Origin: Candidatus Saccharimonadota bacterium
GTDB lineage: Bacteria > Patescibacteriota > Gracilibacteria > UBA1369 > 2-02-FULL-48-14
Length of the DNA: 32,000 bases
Reading direction: 5' to 3'
NCBI GenBank assembly: GCA_016699145.1
Contig: CP064962.1
Span: 660,001 to 692,000 of the forward strand
Numbering within the stretch: position 1 is the first letter of the stretch; the number at the start of each line of letters is the position of its first letter. Position numbers and translations under genes: made by a program. Below are positions 17,039-25,371 of the stretch, one piece after another. The notes under the pieces are model-generated. The model saw nothing but the letters and a program-made list of their open reading frames with translations. It did not search any database and had not been told where the DNA came from.

Positions 17039-17895
17039 TAGATTTGACGGTTAGAAAATAGGCTGCGTTTTTGTAGCACAAAAAGCGCAACAATGAGCAA
17101 AGTAGAATAAAGAATCGAGCGAAGCGGGCCCATCATAGACGCAGGCAAATCGAGAAAGCGGAGGAGCTCGGGAACAGCCACAATGAAAAACGCCGCTCCA
17201 ACCACGTGAGAAACTTTGGGCTGACGCGCTAAAATAACCACTGAAATCACACGAATAAAATCCGGGAGTCCTCCCGTCGATCCTGGATCCACATATTGAT
17301 AAAACCAAGCAAAAGGCATCGCCGCTGTCGCTAAAAAGCAGCACGCCACAACAAGGGTCCAAAACGAAAGTTTTTTGGCATTCACCCCTGTCCCTTCCAG
17401 GATATGCTGCGCTTCCCTCATCGCTCTCCAACGTCGACTGAGAGCCGTGCGCAAAAGCACCCACTCCAAAATCAAAACGAGTCCCCAAAGGCCAAAACAA
17501 AAGAGCGTGAGGTGGCCGAGACTTTGCAAACTTTCGGGACGAAGCACTCCCGAGATGCCTAAAACCCCATTGGTCACAGAGGTCCAGGATTTGCTTAAGG
17601 CTAAGCCCGCAAACACACCCGCCACACCTAAGACTGCAAATGAATCGCGAGAGAGGCGCCGTTCCAAAAAGGCGAGTATGAATCCAAAAAGAACCGCATT
17701 AACCAGTCCAAAACCAAAGGCCGTCCATGGGCTCCACCCTGCCTGCTCGGCGATGGCAAGCGTGTACATGGCCACGGTGTAAACCACAGGAAACATGAAC
17801 ATGTATTTGCCCGCCAAAGACGTCACCACATGCATGGCAGACCCCGCCACACTCACCAGGAAGAGCAAAATCAAAAAGGAGTAAACGTAACCCAT
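17038..17895 (-). CDS. livM: Branched-chain amino acid ABC permease, LivM-like
   Basis: Polytopic permease. I prefer the start ATG at 17895 (MGYVYSF), 1 nt after the livH stop. The tracked extension to 18000 lies inside livH. Confidence 0.8.
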   Translation of the reverse strand: MGYVYSFLILLFLVSVAGSAMHVVTSLAGKYMFMFPVVYTVAMYTLAIAEQAGWSPWTAFGFGLVNAVLFGFILAFLERRLSRDSFAVLGVAGVFAGLALSKSWTSVTNGVLGISGVLRPESLQSLGHLTLFCFGLWGLVLILEWVLLRTALSRRWRAMREAQHILEGTGVNAKKLSFWTLVVACCFLATAAMPFAWFYQYVDPGSTGGLPDFIRVISVVILARQPKVSHVVGAAFFIVAVPELLRFLDLPASMMGPLRSILYSTLLIVALFVLQKRSLFSNRQI

Positions 17896-17896
17896 A

Positions 17897-18784
17897 TCAA
17901 GAAGTTCGCAGCTTAATGGATAAAAGTCCATCAGGTCGAACAATAAGCAGACCCGCACCCAGTACAAAAACCAGCACTTCTCGCCAAGTCTGTGAAACAC
18001 TCACTCCACCCCACGAAAGGGCCACAATAAAACTAGGCACAAGCACCAAAAGAAGAGCCGCTAAAACGACACCACGAATGTCCTTCCCTCCTCCCACCAA
18101 AAAGGCCAAAAAAGCCGGAACAATCAGCGGATGAGCATACGTGGGAGTGATGGCTTGATTCATGCCCGTAAAAATACCCATTAGGCCGGCAAGCAAAATC
18201 GCAATTAAAAAGGCACCGGCCTGCAAACGCCCCTCACGAACACCGAGTTGCGCACTTGCGGCCGAATGCTGTTTGAGCGCTCGTACAGAACGCCCCAAGG
18301 GCGTTCTCATAAAAATCAAAGTGGCAAACACCGCCAAAACAAAAGTCACTATTAAAGTCCAAACCGCAGTCACAGGAAGCACGAGTTCACCAACGTGCAC
18401 CGTGGGCAAAACGCCATCTACAAGCGCCCGACCTTGAGCCCCATAAAACAAGGAATACATTTCTTGGATGATGAACCAAAGGCTCACGCTAACCAGCAAA
18501 GCCATTAAATCAAGCCCCTTCGCCACAAAAGGCCGCAGCAGCCAGAGATTGATCACAGCCAATATAAAAAGGCTAGAAGCTGCAATAAGGAATGCTTCCA
18601 AAATTCCACCAAACAGTTGCAGTCCCGAGTAGAAGCCATAGCCCCCAACCACGAAGGCGGCACCCAGCCCCAAGTTCACCACGCGAGTCACACTGAAAAT
18701 CAGCAAAAATCCGGCGGCGAGCAAAGAGACCTGCATGGCTTCAATCAAACTGTTGAGACCAATTTGAAGAAAGTAAGAAACCAT
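17897..18784 (-). CDS. livH: Branched-chain amino acid ABC permease, LivH-like
   Basis: A 295-aa polytopic protein (MVSYFLQIGLNSLIEAMQVSLLAAGFLLIF) in the standard position between the binding protein and livM. Confidence 0.8.
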   Translation of the reverse strand: MVSYFLQIGLNSLIEAMQVSLLAAGFLLIFSVTRVVNLGLGAAFVVGGYGFYSGLQLFGGILEAFLIAASSLFILAVINLWLLRPFVAKGLDLMALLVSVSLWFIIQEMYSLFYGAQGRALVDGVLPTVHVGELVLPVTAVWTLIVTFVLAVFATLIFMRTPLGRSVRALKQHSAASAQLGVREGRLQAGAFLIAILLAGLMGIFTGMNQAITPTYAHPLIVPAFLAFLVGGGKDIRGVVLAALLLVLVPSFIVALSWGGVSVSQTWREVLVFVLGAGLLIVRPDGLLSIKLRTS

Positions 18785-18800
18785 GCAGGTTTTTTTGAGA

Positions 18801-19907
18801 TTACATTTGGGTCCAAACTCCGTCTTTCACGCTATAAACCGCGGTCCCAATTCCTTTCACAAAGGTTTCATCTCCAAAAGAGATGCTTCCAAGATAGCCC
18901 TCAAAAGTCCCGCTACGAAGCCCCGCGAGCACATCGGCAGGAACATTTTTCCCATTCACAATGGCTTCAGCCAAAGTGGTGAGCGCATCATAAGTGGCAG
19001 CGGTGTAAAAGGCGCCAAGGTCTTCCACGGTTCCTTTGGCAGTGGTGACAGCCTCAGACATGGCCACAAATTCAGCAGAAGTGATTTTAGGCGTGTCCAC
19101 CACAAGGGTTCCTTCTAAAACTTCCGGAGCCAAAGTGAGGTAAGACTCATCCATCAAGGTGAAAGTTCCAATTTTCTGAACGGCCCAATCCATTTCAGCG
19201 AGTTGCTTGATCATGGTTTCAGCCGTCACACCCACATTGGGGTTGAAGAACACGATTTCAGGCTCAGCAGCCTTCACTTTTTGAAGCGCATTGCGAAAAT
19301 CCGTTGCTCCCTTCGTCACCGTTTCGTCGGCCACGACCTCTACCCCCTCCCCCAAAGCCGCAAGCACACTGTCGTGCAAGGCAATATTGTAATCGTTTTG
19401 TTCCGTCAAAATGGCCACTTTTGTGTACTTGGACATTTCAGCCGCAATGCCTTCCGCATTGCCTGCGTCACTGTAAGACAAGGAGAAAAAGTTGGGGCTG
19501 ATTCCATCGAGTTCAGGACTGGAAGAAAGGGCGGAAATCGCAACTACATCCTTTTCTTCAAGCAAAGGAGCGATAGCGAGCGACTCCGAAGAACAAGCCC
19601 CTCCAAGCACGTACTGAATCCCATCCACATCCGTTAGTTTTTGAAAAGCATTGGCAGCCACAGTTCCACATTGTCCATCTTCATAAACAAGCTCAAATTG
19701 GTAACCGGCCTCCGCGTAGTTGGCATTCACTTTATCGAGTGCATAGTCAAGAATGCGCTGCATCTCTTGTCCATAAGCAGCGGAGTTCCCGGTCATAGGA
19801 GCGATGACGCCAATTTTAATGGTTTCGTTCTCACCAATGGAGGTGCCAGTGTTACATCCGGCTGCAACAAGAACGGCTGCTAAGAGAAAAGGGGTGAGTT
19901 TCTTCAT
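18801..19907 (-). CDS. ABC substrate-binding lipoprotein, LivJ/LivK (type I periplasmic-binding fold) family
   Basis: Lipobox VAAGC. IKIGVIAPMTGNSAAYGQEM is a typical Leu/Ile/Val-binding protein N-terminus. Confidence 0.85.
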   Translation of the reverse strand: MKKLTPFLLAAVLVAAGCNTGTSIGENETIKIGVIAPMTGNSAAYGQEMQRILDYALDKVNANYAEAGYQFELVYEDGQCGTVAANAFQKLTDVDGIQYVLGGACSSESLAIAPLLEEKDVVAISALSSSPELDGISPNFFSLSYSDAGNAEGIAAEMSKYTKVAILTEQNDYNIALHDSVLAALGEGVEVVADETVTKGATDFRNALQKVKAAEPEIVFFNPNVGVTAETMIKQLAEMDWAVQKIGTFTLMDESYLTLAPEVLEGTLVVDTPKITSAEFVAMSEAVTTAKGTVEDLGAFYTAATYDALTTLAEAIVNGKNVPADVLAGLRSGTFEGYLGSISFGDETFVKGIGTAVYSVKDGVWTQM

Positions 19908-20012
19908 AAAATAAGTAGAAGTTTAAAGCTAAGAAGGACTCTATCAAAAAAGTCGACCAGAAACAACTTTTAGCGAAAAGATAGCATTGATAACAGATTA
20001 ATAAGGGCTATA

Positions 20013-20756
20013 ATGACTGTGTCGAAATTTATCAACATAAAAGATCATCTTCTAAAACTCGGGTTCTCAGAAAAGGAAGCAGTGGCGTTTTTGACCCTGG
20101 TTCGTATTGGAGCGACTGCTGCTTCTGTGCTGGCCCGTCTCACACAAATCAAACGTACTTCCATCTACGATATTTTGAATAGTTTAGAAAATAAAGGAGC
20201 CATCGCCTCTTTCAGACAAGGGAAAACGCAGCTCTACTACGCTGAAGACACCAAAAAACTAGTGATTGCACAAAAAGAAAAACTGAAAATAGCACATAAA
20301 CTGGTAGAAAATCTTAAAAATACACCTCCGAATGCAGGTCTACAGATCAGTTACTACAAAGGAAGTGAAGGAGTGAAAGAGCTTTATAACGACATACTTG
20401 AAGCCAAGCCCAAAGAACTGCTCGGTTGGGTGGACTTGGATCATTTTTACAGATCTCTTGATCCTGAATTTGAACGAAAATGGACTGAAAACCGTGTAGC
20501 CTCGGGAATCAAAGTACGCCTGCTCATGCGCGACAGTAAACTCGCCCAAAAGTTCAAAAACGAAGACCCTTGCAAGAACCGTGAAACACGGCTCATTAAC
20601 AAAGAAAACGCCTTCACCTCCACTTGCTTTCTTTACGAGCCTTTCATCGTTTACTTCGATACGAAAGGGGATGTCATTGGGGTACGCTTACAAAATCCTG
20701 AATTTTTCCAAATGCAAAAAACTATTTTTGAGATGAATTGGGCTATTTCCAAGTAG
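20013..20756 (+). CDS. TrmB-family helix-turn-helix transcriptional regulator
   Basis: LGFSEKEAVAFLTLVRIGATAASVLARLTQIKRTSIYDILNSLENKGAIA is the TrmB winged-HTH. Confidence 0.75.
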   Translation: MTVSKFINIKDHLLKLGFSEKEAVAFLTLVRIGATAASVLARLTQIKRTSIYDILNSLENKGAIASFRQGKTQLYYAEDTKKLVIAQKEKLKIAHKLVENLKNTPPNAGLQISYYKGSEGVKELYNDILEAKPKELLGWVDLDHFYRSLDPEFERKWTENRVASGIKVRLLMRDSKLAQKFKNEDPCKNRETRLINKENAFTSTCFLYEPFIVYFDTKGDVIGVRLQNPEFFQMQKTIFEMNWAISK

Positions 20757-22515
20757 CCCTATAAATAGCATCTCTAAACTTTTCTGCCTCAACTGTTTGT
20801 CTCGCAGTAAACACACCGTCCCCACCACTCGCTAAAACATATTCAGACAGATGGAAACTTTCTGTTAGTTCGGTAACAATAGTAAAAATAAATTGCCTAT
20901 CCGTAAGCACATCTTTCCAAACAAGTTGATTTTCAGATAAACATTCATACCCGCCTACATTGTCAGGATCATTGCAGTCATGGGTGATATCTTTTCCATC
21001 CCGAACAGCCTGTCGTGCATTCTCCCAAGCAAGATATGGCAAATCGACGTAAGCGCGCTGCATAGCTCCTAGATCGTGAAAACTCTGAAGATCAGCGAAC
21101 TCTTGAGCAGCCTCCAAACCAAGTTCCTTAGAAGGTTTTGATCCAATCCCGGGATGCATCGCCCATAGGCCAGTCCGACTGGCATCCGTCCACAGTTCAA
21201 AAATATTTCTATAAGATCTATCTGAATAAAAACGGCCAACATATACAGGGTTTAAAGGCTCCTCCGTCTGCTGCTCATTTGCAGAGAAAATGAGGTCTCT
21301 CTTTTCCCACAACTCAGGATAAGGTCTATCCAATGGGTACCCAGCTTTTGCAAAAACCGCTCTTTGTTGAGTGACAAAACCATCCAAAAGTTGAACAAAC
21401 TTGTAGCGCTGGCCTTCAGCACCTTCCACCAAACTTCTTCCCGCACTGCCATCTTGAACTACCTCACACAAATAATCCACCAACTCAGGCTCAAAAGTAA
21501 AAGACGGTGAAACTCCATAACGAAACTGCACCTCTTCTATAAGTCGATGCTTCATATCTTTGAATGCACCCCCAGTGTCTGTTTTATACTGCCCCCAACA
21601 CCAAGAATCTTCTGTACAAAGAGGAAAGCGCAAAGATTGAGCACATTCCACAAGTTGAGCGTCCACTCGAGCTTGCGCTTCTTCTTCATTTTGTTCCCCT
21701 TGATGACGGCCTAATCTGTAAGTGGAAATTACCAGAGTCAAAACCCCTAAAGCATGAATCCCACTACGAATCCGCGCTTGAATCTGTTCTTTTTTCTTTT
21801 TGAAGAAATTTTCCTTAGTGTTCAGGCGAATGGGACGAAAGACCTTACCCTTCAACAGATCGTAAAGCTCTTTAAACTGAGGATAGGACTGCTGAGATTG
21901 ATTCGCATGCTTCAAAAATTTCTGAATGATAGCATCATATTTACCCTGACGATCCACACCCAACTGAATGCCGCGCCCCTGAATAAGGTCCGCCATCCTT
22001 ATAGCCACTTCACAAAGTCCATATCCCGCGCTTCCCCAGCCTGCCGAATCAGGATCGACATCTTCAACTGCTTCTCGAGAAACCCTACTCGCACCAGGAG
22101 GAACGGTCCTCAAAAACTCTCCTTTTAAAGCAGGGTTTGCCTGGGCCACCTGAAAAAGCCGCCCAGCAATTTGATAAGAGAGCTCATTAGAAGTAGGATC
22201 CAATGGTCGTAATTCAAATCCCGTAAAAAGCGCTTCGGGAGTGATCGGTATAGTATGGGTTAAAGCCTCAATTTGAGTGAACAAAGGTCGATGACGGTTT
22301 TCTTCATTCAAAAACTGAATGTTCACTTTTTCCAGTCCAAGTTGAAGCTCTTTTCGAAATAAATTTTCTAAATGTCTCTTCTGCTCCTGAGGGGATAAAT
22401 AATCGGTATCCTCACCCAACGCTTCTCCATTGAACCACTCACTCATTTGGGGCCCCAAGAGCACATTAACGACACCATGCTGGTTTTGTTCAAAAGCATA
22501 ATTGACCAACGCCAA
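20743..22515 (-). CDS. Large hypothetical protein, main segment. This is the -1 frame continuation of 22443-22718, and real sequence starts at about 22542 with GSIYSDEAALALVNYAF.
   Basis: A 590-codon ORF with a TTG pseudo-start. The frame is already open from 22545. One hydrophobic segment (IHALGVLTLVISTY) is present. No domain recognised. Confidence 0.7.
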   Translation of the reverse strand: MALVNYAFEQNQHGVVNVLLGPQMSEWFNGEALGEDTDYLSPQEQKRHLENLFRKELQLGLEKVNIQFLNEENRHRPLFTQIEALTHTIPITPEALFTGFELRPLDPTSNELSYQIAGRLFQVAQANPALKGEFLRTVPPGASRVSREAVEDVDPDSAGWGSAGYGLCEVAIRMADLIQGRGIQLGVDRQGKYDAIIQKFLKHANQSQQSYPQFKELYDLLKGKVFRPIRLNTKENFFKKKKEQIQARIRSGIHALGVLTLVISTYRLGRHQGEQNEEEAQARVDAQLVECAQSLRFPLCTEDSWCWGQYKTDTGGAFKDMKHRLIEEVQFRYGVSPSFTFEPELVDYLCEVVQDGSAGRSLVEGAEGQRYKFVQLLDGFVTQQRAVFAKAGYPLDRPYPELWEKRDLIFSANEQQTEEPLNPVYVGRFYSDRSYRNIFELWTDASRTGLWAMHPGIGSKPSKELGLEAAQEFADLQSFHDLGAMQRAYVDLPYLAWENARQAVRDGKDITHDCNDPDNVGGYECLSENQLVWKDVLTDRQFIFTIVTELTESFHLSEYVLASGGDGVFTARQTVEAEKFRDAIYRATWK

Positions 22516-22718
22516 AGCCGCTTCATCAGAATAAATTGAGCCTTTTTAGCTCCTTCCCGAGGCCACTTTCCTAAATAGATCGCATGTCCTGCCTCTCCCC
22601 AGGGCAACTTATCTTTAGCAGAGTCAGTGAATTCTTTATTGCTTTGTCGAATAGGAGTGAGAGCGATACTCCAAGGTACCGGCAGAAAATCCCTAAGTTT
22701 TTTATCCAGCAAACTCAT
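22443..22718 (-). CDS. N-terminal segment of the same large hypothetical protein. Start ATG at 22718 (MSLLDKKLRDF); the frame is lost at the A5G run 22542-22547.
   Basis: The tracked ORF begins at a TTG inside the IS end (22823), which I reject. A promoter-like TTGACA (22768-22763), 16-nt spacer and TAAACT (22746-22741) precede the ATG at 22718. After AKK the frame reads junk (AQFILMKRLWRWSIMLL). Confidence 0.6.
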   Translation of the reverse strand: MSLLDKKLRDFLPVPWSIALTPIRQSNKEFTDSAKDKLPWGEAGHAIYLGKWPREGAKKAQFILMKRLWRWSIMLLNKTSMVSLMCSWGPK

Positions 22719-22801
22719 ATTCTCTAGATATATCTGGATTAGTTTAATATAAAAAATACATTTGTCAAATAGCGGCCCAGGCAGAGTTCCCTCATAGCCC
22801 C

Positions 22802-23936
22802 TACGTAGTTTCACGAATTTCAAGTACAGCTCAGGGGAAAAGGAAGAGGGAGTAGAGTAGAGATACTTTACTTCTTCACCCCAACTCCCTCATGGAACAA
22901 TATAACATGACGAAAGGCATTCGTGGACTGAGAAGATTACTTCGGCAGTTTAACGAAGCTACTTTAAAGCCCTGGCAGAGAGACGTACTTAGAGAAAGAA
23001 TCCTTATTTTGGATTGGTACGACCATAATGGAAAGAATAAAGCCAAGACTGCCAGGGCTTTTGAAACTTCTAGAAGCCACGTACAAAAGCTGGTGAAGGC
23101 CAGAAAGGAAGAAGGACTGGGTGGTCTTATTCCGAAAATAACAGGACCCAATAACAAACGTGGATTTAATCTCACCAGTGAAGAGAAACAAGAGATTGAA
23201 CGCTATGCAAGGATGTTTCCAGATTGGAGCCACAAGAAGCTTCACATGTTTCTTCACCAGCACAGCATTTCCACCTTGTACCGCTATTTGGCAGCAAAAG
23301 GATTACTGGTTCGTAATCGCTGCCCCGGGTTTCACAAGAAACCAAAACCTAGGTCTGCTTGGAAAGTCCAAAGAAAGAAACTCCCCAAGGACTACCAAAT
23401 CTTAAAACCTGGAGACTTGGTAGTCCTAGATTCCATCGTTGAGTTTGTGGACAGCGCCTTCAACAAACTGTACTTCATTACCTGTGTGGATGTGGCCACC
23501 AGGATAGGTTTTGCACTCGTAACCAAGCACCACAGTTCCAAGGCGGCCAAAGCTTTGCTGGAAAAGATGGAAGAAGTGCTCCAGACCAAGATTAAAGCTG
23601 TTTTAACAGACAACGGCAGTGAGTTCCTGGCGTACTTCCATAAAGCCTGCCAGCAGCAAGGGATTGAGCACTTCTTCACTCGCCCCAGAACACCAAAAGA
23701 TAATGCGATTTGTGAGCGATTCAACCTTACTTTGCAACAACACCTCTACTGGAGAGTGGACTTAACCAGTCCCATTTACAAGATTAATGAGGTGCTCGCG
23801 GATTGGCTCGTGGAGTATAATTGCCTTCGTCCACATGAATCTCTCAATATGAGACCTCCAGTTGCTCACTACTTTCATCTATTCTACTCCCCTCGCCCCA
23901 TCCCCGAGGTGTACTTGAAACTATGGAACCGGACAG
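22802..23936 (+). mobile_element. IS481-family-like insertion sequence, copy 1 (1135 bp), flanked by a 4-bp direct repeat CCCC
   Basis: Boundaries are set by where the two copies diverge from each other. Imperfect terminal inverted repeats share the core GTTTCAAGTACA, 16 nt in from each end. The flanks 22798-22801 and 23937-23940 are both CCCC. Confidence 0.9.
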
Positions 23937-23953
23937 CCCCTTGCATTACATAG
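22892..23953 (+). CDS. IS481-family DDE transposase (HTH plus rve integrase core)
   Basis: N-terminal HTH (NKAKTARAFETSRSHVQKLV). DDE core: VVLDSIVEF, LTDNGSEF, CERFN. The tail YNCLRPHESL is also typical. The ORF runs through the IS end, and its stop (23951-23953) lies in flanking DNA. Confidence 0.9.
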   Translation: MEQYNMTKGIRGLRRLLRQFNEATLKPWQRDVLRERILILDWYDHNGKNKAKTARAFETSRSHVQKLVKARKEEGLGGLIPKITGPNNKRGFNLTSEEKQEIERYARMFPDWSHKKLHMFLHQHSISTLYRYLAAKGLLVRNRCPGFHKKPKPRSAWKVQRKKLPKDYQILKPGDLVVLDSIVEFVDSAFNKLYFITCVDVATRIGFALVTKHHSSKAAKALLEKMEEVLQTKIKAVLTDNGSEFLAYFHKACQQQGIEHFFTRPRTPKDNAICERFNLTLQQHLYWRVDLTSPIYKINEVLADWLVEYNCLRPHESLNMRPPVAHYFHLFYSPRPIPEVYLKLWNRTAPCIT

Positions 23954-23969
23954 TACCTAGTGATACACT
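23941..23969 (+). promoter_or_regulatory. Promoter candidate for padR-pspC immediately beside the IS end
   Basis: TTGCAT (23941-23946), 17-nt spacer, TACACT (23964-23969). The padR ATG lies at 23976, so the transcript would be leaderless or nearly so. Confidence 0.3.
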
Positions 23970-23975
23970 CTAGTT

Positions 23976-24320
23976 ATGGACTACCTCGAAAACATCAAAG
24001 CGCAACTGCGAAAAGGCATCTTGGAATTCGCCATTCTCGTCACTATCGAAAACGATGAACTCTACGCCTCAGACATCCTCAAAAAACTCCGGAACACTCA
24101 GCTCATCGTCGTGGAAGGCACACTCTATCCCCTTTTAAGCCGCCTCAAACGCCACGAACTTGTGGTCTACGAATGGCAAGAATCGAAGAGCGGGCCCCCT
24201 CGCAAATACTACAAGCTCACCCTCAAAGGCCAAGCCGCACTGGCAGGCCTCAAAGACTCCTGGTCTGAACTCTACACCTCCATCAATTCTTTAATGAAAA
24301 AACATGAAAAAAGTTCTTAA
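23976..24320 (+). CDS. PadR-family transcriptional regulator
   Basis: ILEFAILVTIENDELYASDILKKLRN...VEGTLYPLLSRLKRHELV...PPRKYYKLTLKG is the PadR winged-helix signature. Confidence 0.85.
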   Translation: MDYLENIKAQLRKGILEFAILVTIENDELYASDILKKLRNTQLIVVEGTLYPLLSRLKRHELVVYEWQESKSGPPRKYYKLTLKGQAALAGLKDSWSELYTSINSLMKKHEKSS

Positions 24321-25371
24321 TATCACCATCGGTGGTCTGGTTTTCATCGTCGAAGAAGACGCCTACGAAGCGTTGGCGAGCTACCTCAATTCCATCAAAA
24401 CTCATTTTTCCAAAGACAAAGACGGGGACGAAATTGTCGAAGACATCGAAGCCAGCATCGCAGAGAAATTTGGCCATCGCAAAAACAAAGATGCAGCCGT
24501 CACTCACCGCGATGTTGCAAGCGTCATCCACGAAATGGGCACACTCAAAGACTTTAAAAAACTCAGCGAGGAAGAAGAAGACGAAGCGGAGGAAAAATCC
24601 ACCGAGAAAAACTCAGACCTCGGCACCCGAAAACTCTATCGTGATCCCGACGACGTGATCATTGCAGGGGTGTGCAGCGGACTGGGCGCTTACCTGGGCG
24701 TCGAAACGGTCTTTGTACGCCTGATCTTCTTCGCATCGGTCTTCTTTGGAGGACTCGGCATTGTGGCTTATATCTTGCTGTGGATACTGATGCCCGTGGC
24801 CGAAAGCACCGCCCAAAAATTGGAAATGCGTGGGGAACGCATCACCCTGCACGAGATCGAAAAATCAGTGAAAAGAGAAGTCGATAAATTAAAAAAAAAA
24901 GATTTAAGCGCAGTAAAAAACGGAGCTCGTAAAATTGAACTCGTCCTTCAAAAAATCTTCCACGCACTCGGAAAAATCTTCTGGATGCTCGTAAAAGTTC
25001 TGCGCATAGCAAGCGGAGCAGTTCTGATTTTGGTGAGCATCGCCGGAATCTCTATGCTCAACGTGGGTCTCACATGGCAAATCACCGACGGAAGAATCCC
25101 AAGCAGCCCTTACACTCTCTCCACCTTTCTGCCTTTAGAAGCACACATGCAAACCGTCTTCCTGTTCTCGGCTTACTTCACCGTGCTGCTCCCACTGCTT
25201 CTAGCTCTTTTAGGAGGCTACAGCCTACTGCGCAAACATTCGGTCATTAAGGCCTCCACTTTGCTCATTTTTCTTATGCTGTGGCTCACCGCCCTCGGCG
25301 TGACGGGCACGTTTATCTTCGATAATTGGGCAAGCATTTCAGCATTCTTTCAATCGTATTCCAGTTTCTAG
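24304..25371 (+). CDS. PspC-domain membrane protein
   Basis: KLYRDPDDVIIAGVCSGLGAYLGVETVFVRLIFFASVFFGGLGIVAYILLWILMP is a canonical PspC domain. It overlaps padR by 17 nt and has further TM segments at the C-terminus. Confidence 0.85.
   Translation: MKKVLNITIGGLVFIVEEDAYEALASYLNSIKTHFSKDKDGDEIVEDIEASIAEKFGHRKNKDAAVTHRDVASVIHEMGTLKDFKKLSEEEEDEAEEKSTEKNSDLGTRKLYRDPDDVIIAGVCSGLGAYLGVETVFVRLIFFASVFFGGLGIVAYILLWILMPVAESTAQKLEMRGERITLHEIEKSVKREVDKLKKKDLSAVKNGARKIELVLQKIFHALGKIFWMLVKVLRIASGAVLILVSIAGISMLNVGLTWQITDGRIPSSPYTLSTFLPLEAHMQTVFLFSAYFTVLLPLLLALLGGYSLLRKHSVIKASTLLIFLMLWLTALGVTGTFIFDNWASISAFFQSYSSF

Noticed and set aside
17896-18000. N-terminal extension of the LivM-like ORF into livH
   Set aside because: It lies entirely within the livH coding region in another frame. 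The ATG at 17895 sits 1 nt after the livH stop and begins the first TM helix.
22719-22823. Tracked TTG start of the orphan protein inside the IS terminal repeat
   Set aside because: It would make the gene start inside a recently inserted mobile element. An ATG at 22718 with its own promoter-like element lies outside the IS.
22876-23724. Four ORFs antisense to the transposase (22876-23175, 22964-23263, 23160-23405, 23392-23724), with mirror images in copy 2 (29033-29881)
   Set aside because: They are shadow ORFs on the opposite strand or in an alternative frame of a well-supported DDE transposase. They appear twice only because the IS is duplicated. Their composition does not look protein-like.
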